Below, piece after piece: positions 60,076 to 64,000 of a DNA stretch of 64,000 nt. Source of the stretch: Octopus sinensis (Eukaryota); assembly GCF_006345805.1 (NCBI RefSeq), contig NC_043018.1, forward strand, positions 28,644,001 to 28,708,000, given 5' to 3'. Numbering within the stretch: the first letter of the stretch is position 1; every line of letters starts with the position of its first letter. The translations under genes and the position numbers were made by a program. The notes beneath the pieces are model-generated. The model ran no database searches and was not told where the DNA came from. It saw nothing but the letters and a program-made list of their open reading frames with translations.

Positions 60076-62365
60076 TGTGTTCTTTTACAGGGCTAAGTGG
60101 AAATGGAAGAAGGTTATGTGCAAGTGGGAAGCAATAGTGCTGGTGCAAAATATGAAAGACTAAGGGAAGAAATTTAGGGTGGCACATGAAAGGGCAAGAG
60201 GAATGATGTAGAGGTGTATGTATAATGTATATGCAGAAAGGAGAAACAAAAAATAAGAGGTTAAAAGAAAAGGAAATGAGTAAAATAGACAAGTGATGGA
60301 TGGTACTTGAAAAACAAGGGGTGTTATCTTAGTTCACTAGTAGGGAACCCCTGACACCGAAGTACATCTCCAGTGTTAGAAGCTGTGCAAAGACTAAATA
60401 ATAATAAGGGTTTCAAGTTTTGCCACAAGGGCAGCAGTTTTGGGGGGAGGGATGAGTCAATTACATCGACCCCAGTACACAACTGGTACTTAATTTATTG
60501 AACCTAAAAGGATGAAAGGCAAAGTCGACCTCAGTGGAATTTGTACTCAGAATATAAAGACAGACGAAATACCTATTTCTTTACTACCCACAAGGGGCTA
60601 AACACAGAGAGGACAAATAATGACAGACAAATGGATTAAGTCAATTATATGGACCCCAGTGCGTAACTGGTACTTATTTAATCAACCCCGAAAGGATGAA
60701 AGGCAAAGTCGACCTCGGCGGAATTTGAACTCAGAACGTAGCGCCAGACGAAATACCGCTAAGCATTTCGTCCAGCATGCTAATGAGTCTGCCAGCTCAC
60801 AACTTTGTTGATAATAACTTTAAAAGTAGTAGTAGTAGTAGTGGTGGTGATATATTGCAAGGATATGATACTGAAGACTCAAATGTAAACTGAAATATTT
60901 AATGAATTGAATACTGCCTTTCTATACATTATAATTATGTCATTATTGAATTTCTTTTGATACAAAATATAAACAAACCAAATAAATAACAGAATGGTTA
61001 AATTTTATATCTTGATATTATGAAGTAGAAGAGTGATGGTAATTGGAGTTAAGCAAGTGCACAAATCTAACAAAATTTAATTTGTTCATCATTTACTATG
61101 TTGATGTTTTGTACTGAAAAACAAGAAGGAAAATTTTCAATAATGAGAGAATTTAAAGAACAAAGTATTTGATAAATAGCCTATTAAAGTTTTCACTTGC
61201 GTCTTCAATATTGTTTCTCTACTGTACACTTTTGCTGTTATTGATTTGTAGGTAAATATACTCACAATATACTCACGTGCCTTTGTTATTTTAATATAGA
61301 ATAATGAACAAAAGTGAATATGTTGCTGTGTGTGTTTGTCAAATGATCTCCATTTAAAAAATGTAAATAAATGGGTGCAAGTGTGGCTGTGTGTGGTAAA
61401 ATGCTTGCTTCCCAACCACATGGTTCTGGGCTCAGTCCCACTCTGTGGCACCTTGGGCAAGTGTCTTCTGCTATAGCCTCAGGCCGATCAAAGCTGTGTG
61501 TGTGGATTTGGTAGATGGAAACTGAAGGAAGCCCGTCGTCTATAAATATATGTGTGTGTGTGTGTGTATTTGTGTATCTGTGTTTGTCCCCACCACTATC
61601 GCTTGACAACCGATGTTGGTGTGTTTATGTCCCCGAGCTAAGTGGTTTAGCAAATGCGACTAATGGAATAAGTATAGGCTTACAAAGAATAAGTTCTGGG
61701 GTCGACTTGTTTGACCAAAGGCAGTGCTCCAGCATGGCTGCAGTCAAATGACTGAAACAAGTAAGAGAATACAAGAATAGATACGTGCAGGCATGGCTGG
61801 GTGGTAAGAAGCTTGCTTCTCAACCACATGGTTCTGGGTTCAGTCCCACTGTGTGGCACTTTAGGGAAGTGTCTTCTATTATAGCCTTGGGCCAACCAAA
61901 AACTTCTGAGTAGATTTGATAGATGGAAACTGATAGAAACCTGTCATGTATTTGTGTGTGCTTGTGTGTATCCTCCACAACCATGTAACAACCGATGTTG
62001 GTTTATTTACATCCCTGTAACTTAGCAATTTGACAAAAGTGATCAATAGACTAAGTATCAGGCTTATGTAAAAGATAAGTACTGGAGTTGATTCATTTGA
62101 CTAAAAAATATTCCACAAGGCGGTGCCCCAGCATGTCCATAGTCTAATGCCTGAAACAAGTAAAAGATAAAAGACAGAATGCTCTAAGACCATTTTCTCC
62201 AAAGTAGTTTTACCAATTTAATAAAATTAGTAAATATGAGATATATTTCAAATAAACTCATTTTTCTTCTAAAATAGTAATTCTCACAGTGTAGCAAAAA
62301 TACGTAAGCCTGACTCATGCAATCAGGGAAAAGAGGATGTTAAAACAAAGATGTGGAGGAGGAAA

Positions 62366-62405
<40 letters not shown>

Positions 62406-62439
62406 GGTGTAGCTGTTTTAGTATGTGCATATATAAGTG

Positions 62440-62880
62440 TGTGTGTATGTTTTTAAATATATTTTTATATAGGTGTGAGTGTGTGTGTCTATATATGTAT
62501 GTGTATGTCTATGCTTGTGTTCGTGCAAATATATATATATATCCACGTATGTGTATATATAAAAATGTATATATGTATGTGTAATATATATATATATATA
62601 TCCACGTATATGTATATATAAAAATGTATATATATATCCACATATATATATATATATCCACGTATGTGTATATATAAAAATGTATATATGTATGTGTAAA
62701 ATATATATAAAGATATATATCCACATATATGTATATATGTATGTGTATATATATATATAATATATATATATATATATCCACATATATGTATATATGTATG
62801 TGTAATATATATATATATATCCACGTATATGTATATATAAAAATGTATATATATATATATATATAATATATATATAAATA
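62440..62880. repeat. TA-rich compound minisatellite (about 60-bp units anchored by ccacgtatgtgtatatataaaaatg)
   Basis: Repeated ccac(g/a)tat anchors within (TA)n. Confidence 0.8.
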
Positions 62881-62939
62881 TACCTTGAAAGTTAATTAAA
62901 TTGTCATTAACGATATTCAATATTTGTTTCTTCTTTCAG

Positions 62940-63016
62940 GTGTATGTATAAATAGTGAGGCATACATAATTGTTTCTCAATGGTTTTTGCTGTCTCAAAT
63001 TTTGACGCTTTATTAA
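62940..63016 (+). other. Possible alternative terminal coding exon of MFSD11 (R/VCINSEAYIIVSQWFLLSQILTLY*)
   Basis: Strong acceptor tatttgtttcttctttcag|G; phase-compatible with the donor at 56175; no homology support. Confidence 0.25.
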
Positions 63017-64000
63017 TAATATTTATCATTATTATTATTATTATCACCATCATCATCATCATTAATAATAAGGTGTAAAGCTGGCAGAATCATTAGCAAG
63101 CCAGACAAAGTGCTTTGTGATATTTCGTCTGTCTTTATGTTCTGACTTCAAATTCCTCTGAGGTCGACTTTACCTTTTATCCTTTCGGGGTCAATAAGTA
63201 CCAGTTGAATACTGGGGTCGATGTAATCAACCTGTTCCCTCCCCACAAATTCTAGGCCTTTTGCCTATAGTAGAAAGGATTATTATTATTATTATTATTA
63301 TTAGTAGTAGTAGTAGTAAGTGAGGAGTACCAAATTCTAGGCTTTATGCCTATAGTAGAAAGGATTATCATTATTATTATTATTATCATTAATAGGTGCA
63401 GGAGTGGCTGTGTGGTAAGTAGCTTGCTTACCAACCATAGGGTTCTGCATTTTAGTCCCACTGTGTGTCACCTTGGGCAAGTGTCTTCTACTATAGCCTC
63501 AGACCAACCAAAGACTTGTGAGTGGATTTGGTAGATGGAAAGTGAAAGAAGCCCATCATATATATATGTGTGTGTGTGTGTGTGTTTGTGTCTGTTCCTC
63601 CCACCATTGCTTGACAACCAATGCTGGTGTGTTTATGTCCCTGTAACTTGGCAGTTCGGCAAAAGAGACTGATAGAATAAGTACTAGGCTTACAAAGAAT
63701 AAGTCCTGAGGTTGATTTGTTTGACTAAAGGCAGTACTCCAGCATGGCCGCTGTCAAAATAACTGAAACATAAGAATATAAGAATAATAAGATGGCTAGC
63801 TGGCTGAATCAATAGTATGCTGAGTGAAATATTTAGTGGCATTTTGTCTGCCGCTACGTTCTGAGTTCAAATACTCACCCCCTAAAAGATGAAAGGTGAA
63901 GTCGACCTCGGTGAAATTTGAACTCAGAACACAGCAACAGGCAAAATACCTCTAAGCATTTCATCCGGTACACTAACAATTCTGCCAGCTTGCTGCCTTA

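Noticed and set aside
71-63534. Dozens of 60-150 aa ORFs such as MPKVPRSGTEPGTMWLV, LPNPLTRLWSARGYSRRH and [12 protein letters not shown] runs
   Set aside because: They are translations of SINE A, RTE UTR repeats and microsatellites, recurring at every copy

Overview
AT-rich, repeat-dense metazoan genomic DNA. The SINE/microsatellite landscape looks like a coleoid cephalopod, probably Octopus (inference). One host gene is supported: a + strand, 13-exon UNC93-like MFS transporter (MFSD11) from ATG 6553 to about 56374. Every exon has GT-AG boundaries and the phases join into one open frame; the C-terminal exon is ambiguous. Most ORFs in the supplied track are SINE or microsatellite artefacts. 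The introns hold a decayed but near-complete Penelope-like retroelement (RT + GIY-YIG, 20463-24608, -), a second Penelope-like 3' fragment, a mariner with 37-bp TIRs, Helitron, hAT and piggyBac-like non-autonomous elements, RTE and CR1/L2 LINE ends, and several tRNA-derived SINE families. The most striking unannotated signal is about 11 hammerhead-ribozyme motifs from several sequence families, read by eye. They include a canonical one, a U3-A8 covariant one, a long-domain-II pair in an inverted pLTR mosaic, and two sense copies bracketing MFSD11 exon 10. Most sit inside the internal (TA)/(CA) tract of one abundant SINE family, which appears to act as a mobile landing pad. All folds were derived manually and none was computed or tested.
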